Source of the DNA: an uncultured Gemmatimonadales bacterium
GTDB lineage: Bacteria; Gemmatimonadota; Gemmatimonadetes; Longimicrobiales; Gaopeijiaceae
Reading direction: 5' to 3'
DNA length: 64,000 nt
Assembly: GCA_963809895.1 (NCBI GenBank)
Contig: CAWELD010000003.1
Coordinates: 512,001-576,000 of the forward strand
A model generated the notes under the pieces. It worked only from the letters and a program-made list of their open reading frames with translations, was not told where the DNA came from and ran no database searches. How positions within the stretch are numbered: the first letter of the stretch is position 1; each line of letters begins with the position of its first letter. Position numbers and translations under genes: made by a program. Below are positions 43,032-52,473 of the stretch, one piece after another.

Positions 43032-43093
43032 CGGCTTCTCGGGGGTGCGGCAAGTTCCGCCGAGCCCCCGCCACCCTCACGCCCGGAACCGCC

Positions 43094-43564
43094 ATGATCG
43101 CACGTCGTCCAGCATCGAGGGGACGCATCCTCTTCACGCTCACCGCGGGAATGCTGCTCGTCGGCGGGTGCACGACCAAGACCACGCCCATTCGCTCCGG
43201 CGGCGACTCGGCGTTGTCGTCTGTCGCTCCGCAGTTGTCTGTGGAGCGATTCCTGCAGGCTGTGAACGCGAAGGACTACGCGGCCATGGCTTCGCTGTTC
43301 GGCACCGCTGACGGACCGGTGCAGGGCAAGCGTACCGAGATCGAGCTGTGGATGGACACGCTGACGAAGATCCTCGCCCACGAAGACTACAAGATCGTGT
43401 CGCAGGCGCCGGTGGCGGGGCAGGAGCACCCGACGACGCGGGTCGGTGTGGATCTCACCATCGCGGGCGAAGTGGTTCCCAATGTCGCGTTCAACGTCGT
43501 GCAGACGAAGGACGGGAACTGGCTGGTGGAGAAGATCGACACCGAGGCCGTCACGAACCGCTGA
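43094..43564 (+). CDS. Hypothetical lipoprotein (possibly NTF2-like)
   Basis: Lipobox VGGC; VERFLQAV..KDY..M; GNWLVEKID. Confidence 0.75.
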   Translation: MIARRPASRGRILFTLTAGMLLVGGCTTKTTPIRSGGDSALSSVAPQLSVERFLQAVNAKDYAAMASLFGTADGPVQGKRTEIELWMDTLTKILAHEDYKIVSQAPVAGQEHPTTRVGVDLTIAGEVVPNVAFNVVQTKDGNWLVEKIDTEAVTNR

Positions 43565-43952
43565 TCTGCACCAGCTCCGTGAGGACGCGCCCGGTGGAGC
43601 GCGGGTGCAGGAAAGCCACCAGATGCCCGCGGGCTCCGGGTCTGGGCTCCTCGTCCACGAGCTCGAAGCCCGCCGCGCGCAGCCGGGAGAGCTCCTGCCG
43701 GATATCCGGCGTACGGTACGCGATGTGGTGAAGCCCGGGGCCGGAGCGCTGGAGAAAGCGCCCCACGGGCGAGTCGGGATCGGTGGGCTCCAGGAGCTCG
43801 ATGGCACCGACGAAGGCGACCCGGACCCGCTGAGACGGGATCTCCTCGACCGGGGAACCGTTCGAGCCGGTCAGGGATTGGTAGAGAGGCAGGGCGTCGC
43901 CCAGCGAAGGCACGGCGATGGCCACGTGATCGAGAGGTAGACCGTTCATCAT
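43551..43952 (-). CDS. mce: Methylmalonyl-CoA epimerase (VOC family)
   Basis: [41 protein letters not shown]. Confidence 0.9.
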   Translation of the reverse strand: MMNGLPLDHVAIAVPSLGDALPLYQSLTGSNGSPVEEIPSQRVRVAFVGAIELLEPTDPDSPVGRFLQRSGPGLHHIAYRTPDIRQELSRLRAAGFELVDEEPRPGARGHLVAFLHPRSTGRVLTELVQISGS

Positions 43953-44030
43953 CGGGTCCGTTCACAAGAGTACGGGCTCGCAGACCACCGGTGGAGGAGC
44001 CGCCGGCGGCGAACATAAAGGAGAGCAGAC

Positions 44031-44372
44031 ATGGCGAACAGCACCACGATTCTCACCGTCACCGACGACAACTTCCAGGCCGAGGTCGAAGGGACCGACG
44101 GCATCGCCATGGTGGACTTCTGGGCCACCTGGTGCGGTCCGTGCCGTATCATCGCGCCGGTGGTGGAGCAGCTGGCCGGTGAGTACGCGGAGCAGGGCCT
44201 CAAGGTCGGCAAACTGGACGTGGACGAGAACCCCAACACCGCGGCCCGATACGGCGTGCGCTCGATTCCCACCGTGCTCTTCTTCAAGAACGGTGAGCTG
44301 GTGGATCGGCTGGTGGGTGCCATGCCCAAGCCGTACTTCGAGGAGAAGATCCAGGCGCTGCTGCAGAACTGA
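44031..44372 (+). CDS. trxA: Thioredoxin
   Basis: [24 protein letters not shown]. Confidence 0.97.
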   Translation: MANSTTILTVTDDNFQAEVEGTDGIAMVDFWATWCGPCRIIAPVVEQLAGEYAEQGLKVGKLDVDENPNTAARYGVRSIPTVLFFKNGELVDRLVGAMPKPYFEEKIQALLQN

Positions 44373-44402
44373 TCGGCGTCCCGGTCCCCACGGGAGCGGA
44401 GC

Positions 44403-44444
44403 GCGGCGGCCCGGCGGAATCCCTGTCGGGCCGCCGCCTTTTTT
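44403..44444 (+). terminator. Rho-independent terminator after trxA
   Basis: gcggcggcccggcgg/ctgtcgggccgccgc stem followed by T6. Confidence 0.85.
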
Positions 44445-44486
44445 CGGCCTGTTCCCGCCCACGCGGCTCCGGTAGGATTGGTGTCC

Positions 44487-45359
44487 ATGCCTACCCTCTA
44501 CGTCGTCGCCACACCCATCGGGAACCTGGAGGATCTGACCCGACGCGCCGAGCGCGTGCTGGGTGAGGTCGACCGGGTGTTGGCCGAGGACACCCGCCGC
44601 ACGGGACTCCTCCTCAAGCACCTGGGGATCAAGCGGCCCCTGGTCTCCTTCCACCAGCACAACGAGGCCGCACGCCAGGCGCAGGTCCTGGAGTGGTTGG
44701 CCACGGGCGAGGATCTCGCCCTGGTGTCCGACGCCGGCACCCCGCTGGTCTCGGACCCTGGCGCGCGCCTGGTGGAGGCGGTGGCGGCGGCCGGTCACGA
44801 CGTGGTGCCGATTCCCGGTCCGTCGGCGGTGCTCGCCGCCCTCGTCAGCGCGGGCATTCCGGCCGAGCGCTTCACCTTTTTCGGGTTCACGCCGCGCAAG
44901 GGCCGGGAGCGCGCGTCAACACTCCAGCGGGTCGCCGGGTCGGAGGAGACGGTGGTGCTCTTCGAGTCACCGGAGCGGCTGCGGGCGCTGCTCACCGCGT
45001 TGCGGGACGTGTGCGGTCCGACCCGGCGCGTGACCGTGGCCCGGGAGCTCACGAAGCTCCACGAGAGCGTCGTGCGAGGAACCCTGGACGAGGTCCTCCG
45101 CTACTACGAGGAGCAAGACGGTGTCCGGGGCGAGGTGACCGTCGTGGTCGCCCCGTCTCCGGATTCGGGCCCGGACGAGTCGCGCGTCGAGGACGAGGCG
45201 CGCGCGCTGGCCCGAACCCTCCTGGAGGCCGGTACCGCACCCAGCCGCGTGGCCCGTGAGCTCGCCCGGCACACGGGCCTGACCCGGAACCGGGCCTACG
45301 CCCTGGTCCAGGAGCTGGACGACTCTGACCGATCGCGGATGGGGAGCGACGACGCGTGA
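44487..45359 (+). CDS. rsmI: 16S rRNA (cytidine-1402-2'-O)-methyltransferase
   Basis: [46 protein letters not shown]. Confidence 0.97.
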   Translation: MPTLYVVATPIGNLEDLTRRAERVLGEVDRVLAEDTRRTGLLLKHLGIKRPLVSFHQHNEAARQAQVLEWLATGEDLALVSDAGTPLVSDPGARLVEAVAAAGHDVVPIPGPSAVLAALVSAGIPAERFTFFGFTPRKGRERASTLQRVAGSEETVVLFESPERLRALLTALRDVCGPTRRVTVARELTKLHESVVRGTLDEVLRYYEEQDGVRGEVTVVVAPSPDSGPDESRVEDEARALARTLLEAGTAPSRVARELARHTGLTRNRAYALVQELDDSDRSRMGSDDA

Positions 45360-46015
45360 TCTTCGCCCTGGCTCTGACCCTCGCCCTGGCACAGGGTGTG
45401 GGGTCCGATACCATCACCATCGGCCGCCTTCGATACGAGGGGGGTGGGGACTGGTACGCCAATCCGTCGTCGCTGCCGAACCTGCTGTCGGCCATCCGGG
45501 ACCGCACGGGGATTCCCACGGCCCGTCGCGAGGTGGTGGTCACGCCGCTGGATCCGGGGCTGCGAGACCATCCCTACATCTACATGACCGGGCACGGCAA
45601 CGTGCACTTCAGCCCCCAGGAGCGGGCGGCGCTACGGGCCTACCTGCTGGACGGGGGCTTCCTGCACGCCGATGACAACTACGGCCTCGACGAATCGCTC
45701 CGCCGCGAGTTGGCGCTGCTCTTTCCGGACCGTGACATGGTGGAGCTGCCCCCCGACCATCCGGTCTTCCACATGTACTACGACTTTCCGGGGGGCCTGC
45801 CCAAGATCCACGAGCACGACGGCAAACGGGCGCAGGGGTTCGGCATCTTCGACGAGGGCCGGCTGGTGGTCTTCTACTCCTACGAAAGCGATCTCGGCGA
45901 CGGGTGGGAGGACCCCGACGTGCATCACGATCCGCCGGAGATCCGCGAGCAGGCCATCGAGATGGGGGTGAATCTCTTCCTGTACGCGCTGAGCACCGGC
46001 GTGGGAGCCTCGTGA
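45356..46015 (+). CDS. DUF4159 domain protein (secreted)
   Basis: RLRYEGGGDWYANP, YMTGHG, GGFLHADDNYG, LPKIHEHD, DLGDGWED. Confidence 0.88.
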   Translation: MIFALALTLALAQGVGSDTITIGRLRYEGGGDWYANPSSLPNLLSAIRDRTGIPTARREVVVTPLDPGLRDHPYIYMTGHGNVHFSPQERAALRAYLLDGGFLHADDNYGLDESLRRELALLFPDRDMVELPPDHPVFHMYYDFPGGLPKIHEHDGKRAQGFGIFDEGRLVVFYSYESDLGDGWEDPDVHHDPPEIREQAIEMGVNLFLYALSTGVGAS

Positions 46016-46034
46016 GCACGCCGCGGGGGGAACG

Positions 46035-49000
46035 GTGAGTCCGGTTACGGTCCGGCAGCTCCACGCCGCGGTGCGGGGCCACCTCCGGACCCTGCTGCGT
46101 CGGGCGGGCCTGGCGTGGTCCGGCGTCCTGGTGGCGGCGGTGCTGGTGGCCGCCTGGCTGCTGGTGGGTGCCGACGGCTGGGCGTCGGGCTCGGTCGTTC
46201 CGCTGGTCCTGGACACCGTCCTGCTCGCGGCACTCGTCGCCGGGCTCGTCGCGTTGCGGCGCTGGGTGCGACGTGAGCTCTCCGATGCCCGCGTGGCCCG
46301 CGCCATGGAGGGCGCGGTGGGCCTCCCGGACGGCACCGTCCTGGGCACGCTGGAGCTGGGACGTGGGGTTCCCACGGGCGTGTCGGCGTCACTGGCCCGC
46401 CGGAGCGAGCGCCATCTGGCGGAGCGTCTCGGCGGCGGGACCCAGGCGCTGGCGGGGGACACCGGGCGGGCGGTGGCGTCCTGGGGGCGCCGGGGGCTGC
46501 GCATCCTGGCCCTCGCGGCCCCGGTGCTGGCCTTGCTGTTGATCGTGTCGCCGCGGCGCACCGCCACGGCCTGGACCGGCCTGGGGGTGCCGCTCCGCGT
46601 GCTGGCGACGCCGGCCCTGCCGCCGCTGGCGGTGGAGCCGGGGTCGGTGGAGCTGCCGCGGGGAGCGGCGCTGGAGGTGCGCATCACGGCCGCGTGGCGT
46701 GACAGCGTGACCATCCACTGGCAGGCGGCGGGCGACGTGGGCCGTACGGAGACGGTGCCGGTCGCGGGCGACGTGGGCCGCTGGAGCGCCGACGAGGTGA
46801 CGGCGGGGCTCGAGTACTGGGTGTCGGCGCCCGACGGCGCGCGCACGCCGGTCTTCCGGGTCACACCGGTGGATCCCCTCTTCGTGTCCGACGTCACGGT
46901 CCACCTGGCATTTCCCGACTACACCGGCCGACCCGACGAAGAGTATCGAGGCGACGCCCCCGCGCTGGAGGTGCCCTCGGGCACGCGCATCCGTATCGAG
47001 GGGCAGGGCAGTCGTCCCCTGTCCCGAGGCGAGCTGGTGCTCCAGGGTGAGGGGGCGTCGGATGCCGCACTCACGCTCGATCTGAACGGAAGGGCGTTCG
47101 CCGGCAGCTGGACGCCTCGCCGCTCCGGCACCTACGCCTGGGTCTTCACCGACGCCGAGGGAGGCGCGGCGGAGCTCGTGCCACGGCCCCTGCAGCTCAC
47201 GGTGGTTCCGGACCTGCCTCCCCGGGTGGAGATCGCGCTACCGGGGCGTGACACCGTGCTTCCGCTCAGCATGAAGCAGCCGCTGGTGATCCAGGCCGCC
47301 GACGATTACGGCGTGTCGTGGCTGGAGTTGGTGGCGTGGAGGGTTACGGCGCTGGGTGAGCCCCAGGAGCCGGTGCGCCAACGGGTGGAGCTGGGAGGCG
47401 TGCCGGGTGCCCTGGCCCGACCGCTCATGGACGTGTCCCGTTGGGGCCTCCTCCCCGGGGACGAGGTGCGCTACTACGCCCGGGCCGTGGACAACTCCCC
47501 CGCCGCCCACGAGGCGCAGACCCGGGAGTTCGTGCTCCGCATGCCCGACGCCAGCAGCCTGCAGCGCGAGGCGCAGCAGCAGCTGGATTCGGCGGCCACC
47601 GCGCTCGAAGACCTGGCCGAGCGGGCCCGTCGCAGCGCCGAGGAGACCCGAAATCAGGAGCGCCAGTCCCGATCACCCGACCGGAGCGCGCAGGACCAGG
47701 CGAAACAGCGAAACGCGGCGGGCGACGAGCAGGTGGATTTCGAGGAGCGTGAGGACCTTCAGCGTGCCGTGGACGAGCAGGAAGCCATGGCCTCGCAGGT
47801 GGATTCACTCCGGCAGGAGCTTTCGGACCTGTCCAACACGCTCCAGGACGCCGGCGCCCAGGATCCGGAGCTGGGCAAGGACCTGAAGGAGCTACAGGAC
47901 CTTCTGAACGAGGTGGGGGGCCAGGAACTGCGTGACAAGCTCCAGGAGCTGTCGGAGCGCATGAGCGACATGGACCGGCAGCAGGCGCGCCAGGCCCTGT
48001 CCGACCTCGCCGAGCAGGAAGAGGACTTCCGCCAGCGCCTGGAGCAGGCGTTGGACCGCATGAAGCGCGCTGCCGTGGAGCAGGACTTCCGGGCCACCAC
48101 GTCGGAGGCCCAGGAGCTGGCCAAGCAGGAGCAGGCCCTGTCCGAGGCCATGACCGAAGAGGCCGAGGGCTCCGATCGGGCGCGGCAGCAAGAGGATCTC
48201 CAGGAGCGGGCCGGCGACATGGACGCCCGCATGGAGAAGCTCGGGGAGCGCCTGCAGGAGCTGGGCGAGCAGGACGCCGCCCGGGGCGTCGAGCAGGCCA
48301 GGCAGCAGGGACAGCAGTCCATGCAGTCCATGTCCGAAGCGGCCCAACAGGCCCGGGCTCAGCAGGGGCAGCAGGCGGGGGACCAGGCGGCCCAGGCCGC
48401 CGAGCAGATGAGCCAGGCGGCGCAGGAGCTCCAGGACGCTCAGCAGCAGATGCAGCAGCAGCGGGCCGAGGCGCTCCAGCGCGCCCTGCAGCAGACCAGT
48501 CAGGATGCCCTGTCGCTGGCTCGCCGCCAGGCCGAGCTTCAGCAGGCCATGCAGCAGGCTTCAGCCCAGGAGATGGCCGATATGCGGGGCGACGTGGCCG
48601 CCGTGGAGCAGGGCGTGCGGAACATGGCGGAGAACCTGTCGGCCGCCACGCGCATGGCGGGGGCGTCGGGAGGCGAGCGTGAGATCGGCACGGCCATGGG
48701 TCAGGCCATGGCGGCGCTTCAGCAGACCATCTCCACCATGGATTCGCCCTCGGCGAGCACCCGCTCTCCCGGCACCTCGGCCGAGGCGTCCGTCGACGCC
48801 CTCAACCGGATCGCCATGCAGGCGCGTGCCGCTGCGCAGCAGATGTCGCAGGGCCAGCAGTCCGGGACCTCGGCCGAGCAGATGATGCAGGCGCTCGAGC
48901 GCATGGCGCAGCAGCAGGCGGACGTGAACAACCAGGCCGGCCAGATGATGCCCATGCAGCTCTCCCAGCAGGCACTGCAGCAACAGATGCAGCAGCTCTC

Positions 49001-49439
49001 GCAGGGCCAGCAGTCCGTGGCGTCGGATCTGGACGATCTGGCCCGCAAGGAGAGTGACGAAGGGCCGCTGGGCGACCTGGAGGCCATGGCCAAGGAGGCC
49101 GAGGCGCTGGCCCGGGAGCTGGCCCAGGGCCGGCTGGACCCGGAGACCCGGCGCCGGCAGGAGGAGCTCTTCCATCACCTCCTCGATGCCGGGCGCAGCC
49201 TGGAGAAGGAGGAGTATTCCGAAGAGCGTGAGTCCGAGAGCCCCGGGACATTCGAGCCCGGCGAGGTGGCCCCACTGACCCGAGATGCCCTGGGGCTGCT
49301 GCGCTTCCAGGCGCCGGATGCCGAGACGCTGGGACGCCTGCCACCCGCGGCCAGGGCCTTGGTGTTGCGATACTTCCAGCGCCTGAATCGGGGAGGCTCC
49401 GGCGCCACGCCCCCGCCGGCGAGGCCGGGGGGATCATGA
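46035..49439 (+). CDS. DUF4175-like membrane protein: Ig-like region plus very long Gln-rich coiled coil
   Basis: N-terminal TMs, PDYTG, DDYGV, LLPGDEVRYY.RA.DN, Q/E/A-rich helical C-half, YFQRL end. Confidence 0.8.
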   Translation: MSPVTVRQLHAAVRGHLRTLLRRAGLAWSGVLVAAVLVAAWLLVGADGWASGSVVPLVLDTVLLAALVAGLVALRRWVRRELSDARVARAMEGAVGLPDGTVLGTLELGRGVPTGVSASLARRSERHLAERLGGGTQALAGDTGRAVASWGRRGLRILALAAPVLALLLIVSPRRTATAWTGLGVPLRVLATPALPPLAVEPGSVELPRGAALEVRITAAWRDSVTIHWQAAGDVGRTETVPVAGDVGRWSADEVTAGLEYWVSAPDGARTPVFRVTPVDPLFVSDVTVHLAFPDYTGRPDEEYRGDAPALEVPSGTRIRIEGQGSRPLSRGELVLQGEGASDAALTLDLNGRAFAGSWTPRRSGTYAWVFTDAEGGAAELVPRPLQLTVVPDLPPRVEIALPGRDTVLPLSMKQPLVIQAADDYGVSWLELVAWRVTALGEPQEPVRQRVELGGVPGALARPLMDVSRWGLLPGDEVRYYARAVDNSPAAHEAQTREFVLRMPDASSLQREAQQQLDSAATALEDLAERARRSAEETRNQERQSRSPDRSAQDQAKQRNAAGDEQVDFEEREDLQRAVDEQEAMASQVDSLRQELSDLSNTLQDAGAQDPELGKDLKELQDLLNEVGGQELRDKLQELSERMSDMDRQQARQALSDLAEQEEDFRQRLEQALDRMKRAAVEQDFRATTSEAQELAKQEQALSEAMTEEAEGSDRARQQEDLQERAGDMDARMEKLGERLQELGEQDAARGVEQARQQGQQSMQSMSEAAQQARAQQGQQAGDQAAQAAEQMSQAAQELQDAQQQMQQQRAEALQRALQQTSQDALSLARRQAELQQAMQQASAQEMADMRGDVAAVEQGVRNMAENLSAATRMAGASGGEREIGTAMGQAMAALQQTISTMDSPSASTRSPGTSAEASVDALNRIAMQARAAAQQMSQGQQSGTSAEQMMQALERMAQQQADVNNQAGQMMPMQLSQQALQQQMQQLSQGQQSVASDLDDLARKESDEGPLGDLEAMAKEAEALARELAQGRLDPETRRRQEELFHHLLDAGRSLEKEEYSEERESESPGTFEPGEVAPLTRDALGLLRFQAPDAETLGRLPPAARALVLRYFQRLNRGGSGATPPPARPGGS

Positions 49440-51199
49440 GTCCGGCGCGCACCGCGGGGCTGCTCCTGCTGGTGATGGCCGGCGCGTCGCCGGGTCTGGC
49501 GGCTCAGCAGGATCCCGTGGGACCCCAGGAAGAGGCTCGTCTGTTGCGGGAGGCCTCGGGACTCGAGTGGCAGGGCAAGGTGGACGAGGCCATCGGCACC
49601 CTGGAGGAGCTTCTCGACCGCAAGCCGGACTCGTCGGGGGGCCTGTTCGCCCTGGAGCGCATCCTGAGGGGCGCCGAACGGGTCCGGGAAGTGCTGCCCA
49701 GGGCCGACCGCTTTCTGGAGGTCGACCCTTCGGCGTCGGGTCCGCGCTACCTCAAGCTCCGGGTCCTGGTGGAGATCGATTCCCTGGGGGCGCTGGACGC
49801 CGCCGCCCGCGCCTGGTTCCGCGCCGAGCCCGGATCGCCGGATCCCTACCGCGAAGTGGCCCGTCTGTATGAACGCGCCTACGGTCCCGAGCGGGCCCTG
49901 GACGTGCTGCGCAGGGGACGCGACGCGTTGGACCGGGCCGACGCCCTGGCACTGGAGACCGGCGATCTCCTCGCCGAGACCGGTGACCAGCGAGGCGCCG
50001 TGCGGGAGTGGGCCGCCGCGTTGGCGGATCCCCAGACCGACGTGTCGGACGTGTTGGAGCGCCTCGAGGGCCTGAAGCACGACGACCCGGGGCTGGCCGA
50101 GCCGGTGGTGGAGGCCCTGATGGCGTCGGCGTCCAGCGCCGAGCGTCGCAAGGCGGCGGTGGCGGTGGCGCTGAGCGCGGGTCCCGACCGCGCCATCGAG
50201 GTCGCCGGGCGCATCCTGGACGGGCTCGACGGATCACGGCGAAACGCCTTTCTGGATCAGGTCGCCCAGCTGGCGCGGGAACGCCAGGCGCCCAAGGTCT
50301 CGCTGTGGGCGCTGGAAGGGCTCCAGTCCTCATCCACGCGGGGCGACGCATCGTCGCCGCAGGTCCAGGCACGCATGGCGGCCGCGGCCCTGGCCGCGGG
50401 CGACACCGCCGAGGCCCTGGCCGCCCAGACTCGCCTGGCCCGGAGCCTGGAGCCCGGCTCGGCCGAAAGGCGTCGCGTGGTCGCGGACCTGGTGCGGCTG
50501 GAAGCGGGCAGCGCCGATGCGGCCACGCTGGAGCAGCGGCTGGAGGGCTTCCGGCGAGAGTTTCCCGAGGCTCCGGAGGCCGACGGGCTTCTGGCCGACG
50601 TCGCCGCGCGCCTGGCGGCCCGGGGGCAGGTCGACGAGGCGCTGGGACTGATCGATCAGGTCCTGGGTCCGCGCAGCCAGCTCGAGCGAGCCTGGCTCTA
50701 CTTCGAGCAGGGCGACGTGGCGCGGGGCAGGGAGGCGCTGGAGGCGGCGCTGCCGGCCCTGGCGCCCGCCGAGGCCACCGAAGCGTTGCAGCTTCTCACG
50801 TCGCTGGACCGGGTGGCTCCCGCCACGGGCGCCGCCCTGGCCCTGGCTGCCGCCAGAGTTCACCACGGCGCGCCCGAGACAGCACTGTCGGGCCTGAACG
50901 CGGCACTGACCGAGGCGCCCGAGGCCGACCAGGCGCCCCTCCACGCGCGCGCCGCTCGTGTGGCGCTGACGCTGGGCGACACCGTCACCTGCGAGTCACA
51001 TCTCCGCTACGTGGTCGACGAGGCCACCGACAGTCCCGAAGCGCCCGAAGCCTTCCTGCTGTTGGCCCGGCTGCGCGCAGCGAGCCCGGACGGGGTCCAG
51101 GAGGCCCGTGCCCTTCTGGAGAAGCTCATCGTCGCACATCCGCAGGCCGCCGTGGTGCCGGCGGCCCGGCGCGAGCTCGACAGGCTGGGGCGCGGCTGA
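49436..51199 (+). CDS. Secreted tetratricopeptide-repeat protein
   Basis: Signal peptide, Ala/Leu-rich helical repeats, C-terminal EARALLEKLIVAHPQ; ATGA overlap. Confidence 0.8.
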   Translation: MSPARTAGLLLLVMAGASPGLAAQQDPVGPQEEARLLREASGLEWQGKVDEAIGTLEELLDRKPDSSGGLFALERILRGAERVREVLPRADRFLEVDPSASGPRYLKLRVLVEIDSLGALDAAARAWFRAEPGSPDPYREVARLYERAYGPERALDVLRRGRDALDRADALALETGDLLAETGDQRGAVREWAAALADPQTDVSDVLERLEGLKHDDPGLAEPVVEALMASASSAERRKAAVAVALSAGPDRAIEVAGRILDGLDGSRRNAFLDQVAQLARERQAPKVSLWALEGLQSSSTRGDASSPQVQARMAAAALAAGDTAEALAAQTRLARSLEPGSAERRRVVADLVRLEAGSADAATLEQRLEGFRREFPEAPEADGLLADVAARLAARGQVDEALGLIDQVLGPRSQLERAWLYFEQGDVARGREALEAALPALAPAEATEALQLLTSLDRVAPATGAALALAAARVHHGAPETALSGLNAALTEAPEADQAPLHARAARVALTLGDTVTCESHLRYVVDEATDSPEAPEAFLLLARLRAASPDGVQEARALLEKLIVAHPQAAVVPAARRELDRLGRG

Positions 51200-52473
51200 T
51201 GCGGGCACGGTCGAAGGGTTCGTGGGGCGGGCTGGCGCTGGCGCTGTGCGTCCTGGCGGCCGTGCCGGGCGGCGCGTCGGCCCAGCAGCTCCTCGTGCCC
51301 ATGGACCGGTCGCAGGCCAATCACCTCAAGGCCTACGGGCTCACCTACTGGGTCCTGGAGCGGGGCGAGAAAGCCGAGTGGCTGCTGAACTACCGGGCGG
51401 GCTCGTTTCTGCTGCCCGACGATCCCCAGGTGCGCTCGGAGGCCGCGCTCCGGGGCGTGACGGTGGAACCGGTGGGGGCCGCCGACGTCGCGCAGATCCG
51501 GGGTGTCATCGCCGACGGGAACATGGACGCGGTGCCTCTGGAGAAGGCCCCCAAGATCGCCGTCTACTCGCCGCCCAACGCCACGCCCTGGGACGACGCG
51601 GTCACCATGGCGCTGGAGTACGCGGGCATCCCCTACGAGAAGGTCTGGGACGCCGAGGTCATGGGCGGCGAGCTCAAGGACTACGACTGGCTCCATCTCC
51701 ACCACGAGGACTTCACCGGGCAGTATTCCAAGTTCTACCTGACGTACGCCGGCGCGGCCTGGCTGCAGGAGGAGGTGGCGCGCAACCAGGAGATGGCCCG
51801 GCAGCTCGGCTTTCCCTCCGTGCCGGCGCTGAAGAAGGCCGTGGCGGTGGCGATCCGCGACTACGTGGAGGAGGGGGGATTCCTCTTCGCCATGTGCTCG
51901 GCTCCGGAGACGCTGGAGCTGGCGCTGGCGGCGGGGCCGGTGGACATCGCGGCGGCGTACTCCGACGGCACGCCGCCGGATCCCCAGGCCAACCAGAAGC
52001 TGGACTGGGGCCGGACCATGGCGTTCGAGAACGCGGAGCTGCAGACCTCGCCTTCGGTGAACGCCTTCAGTGACATCGACGGGCACCAGGTCAACACGCC
52101 CTGGCGGAAGGAGCTGGGCTACTACACCCTCTTCGATTTCTCCGCCAAATTCGATCCCGTGCCCGCCATGCTGACCCAGGACCACGAGTCGGTGCTGCCG
52201 GATTTCTACGGACTCACCACCTCCTTCGCCATGGATCGCATCAAGCCGGGCACCATCGTGCTCGCCCGTGAAGGCGACTGGGCCAAGTACGTGCACGGCG
52301 ACCTGGGGAAGGGCACCTTCACCTTCTTCGGCGGGCACGATCCGGAGGATCCGGAGCACCAGATCGGCGATCCCCCGACGGATCTGGCCCTCCATCCCAA
52401 CTCGCCGGGCTACCGACTGATTCTCAACAACGTCCTCTTCCCGGCGGCGAAGAAGAAGAAGCTCAAGACTTGA
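51199..52473 (+). CDS. Conserved secreted protein with class I glutamine amidotransferase-like fold (family I recall being labelled 'asparagine synthetase B')
   Basis: Signal peptide; HLKAYG, WLLNYRAGSF, PWDDAVT, WLHLHHEDFTGQY, GGFLFAMCSA, GHDPED, LILNNVLFPAA. Confidence 0.8.
   Translation: MRARSKGSWGGLALALCVLAAVPGGASAQQLLVPMDRSQANHLKAYGLTYWVLERGEKAEWLLNYRAGSFLLPDDPQVRSEAALRGVTVEPVGAADVAQIRGVIADGNMDAVPLEKAPKIAVYSPPNATPWDDAVTMALEYAGIPYEKVWDAEVMGGELKDYDWLHLHHEDFTGQYSKFYLTYAGAAWLQEEVARNQEMARQLGFPSVPALKKAVAVAIRDYVEEGGFLFAMCSAPETLELALAAGPVDIAAAYSDGTPPDPQANQKLDWGRTMAFENAELQTSPSVNAFSDIDGHQVNTPWRKELGYYTLFDFSAKFDPVPAMLTQDHESVLPDFYGLTTSFAMDRIKPGTIVLAREGDWAKYVHGDLGKGTFTFFGGHDPEDPEHQIGDPPTDLALHPNSPGYRLILNNVLFPAAKKKKLKT

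Noticed and set aside
51199..52473. Asparagine synthetase B (asnB) assignment
   Set aside because: It has a signal peptide and lacks the N-terminal Ntn Cys and the SGGLDS synthetase motif
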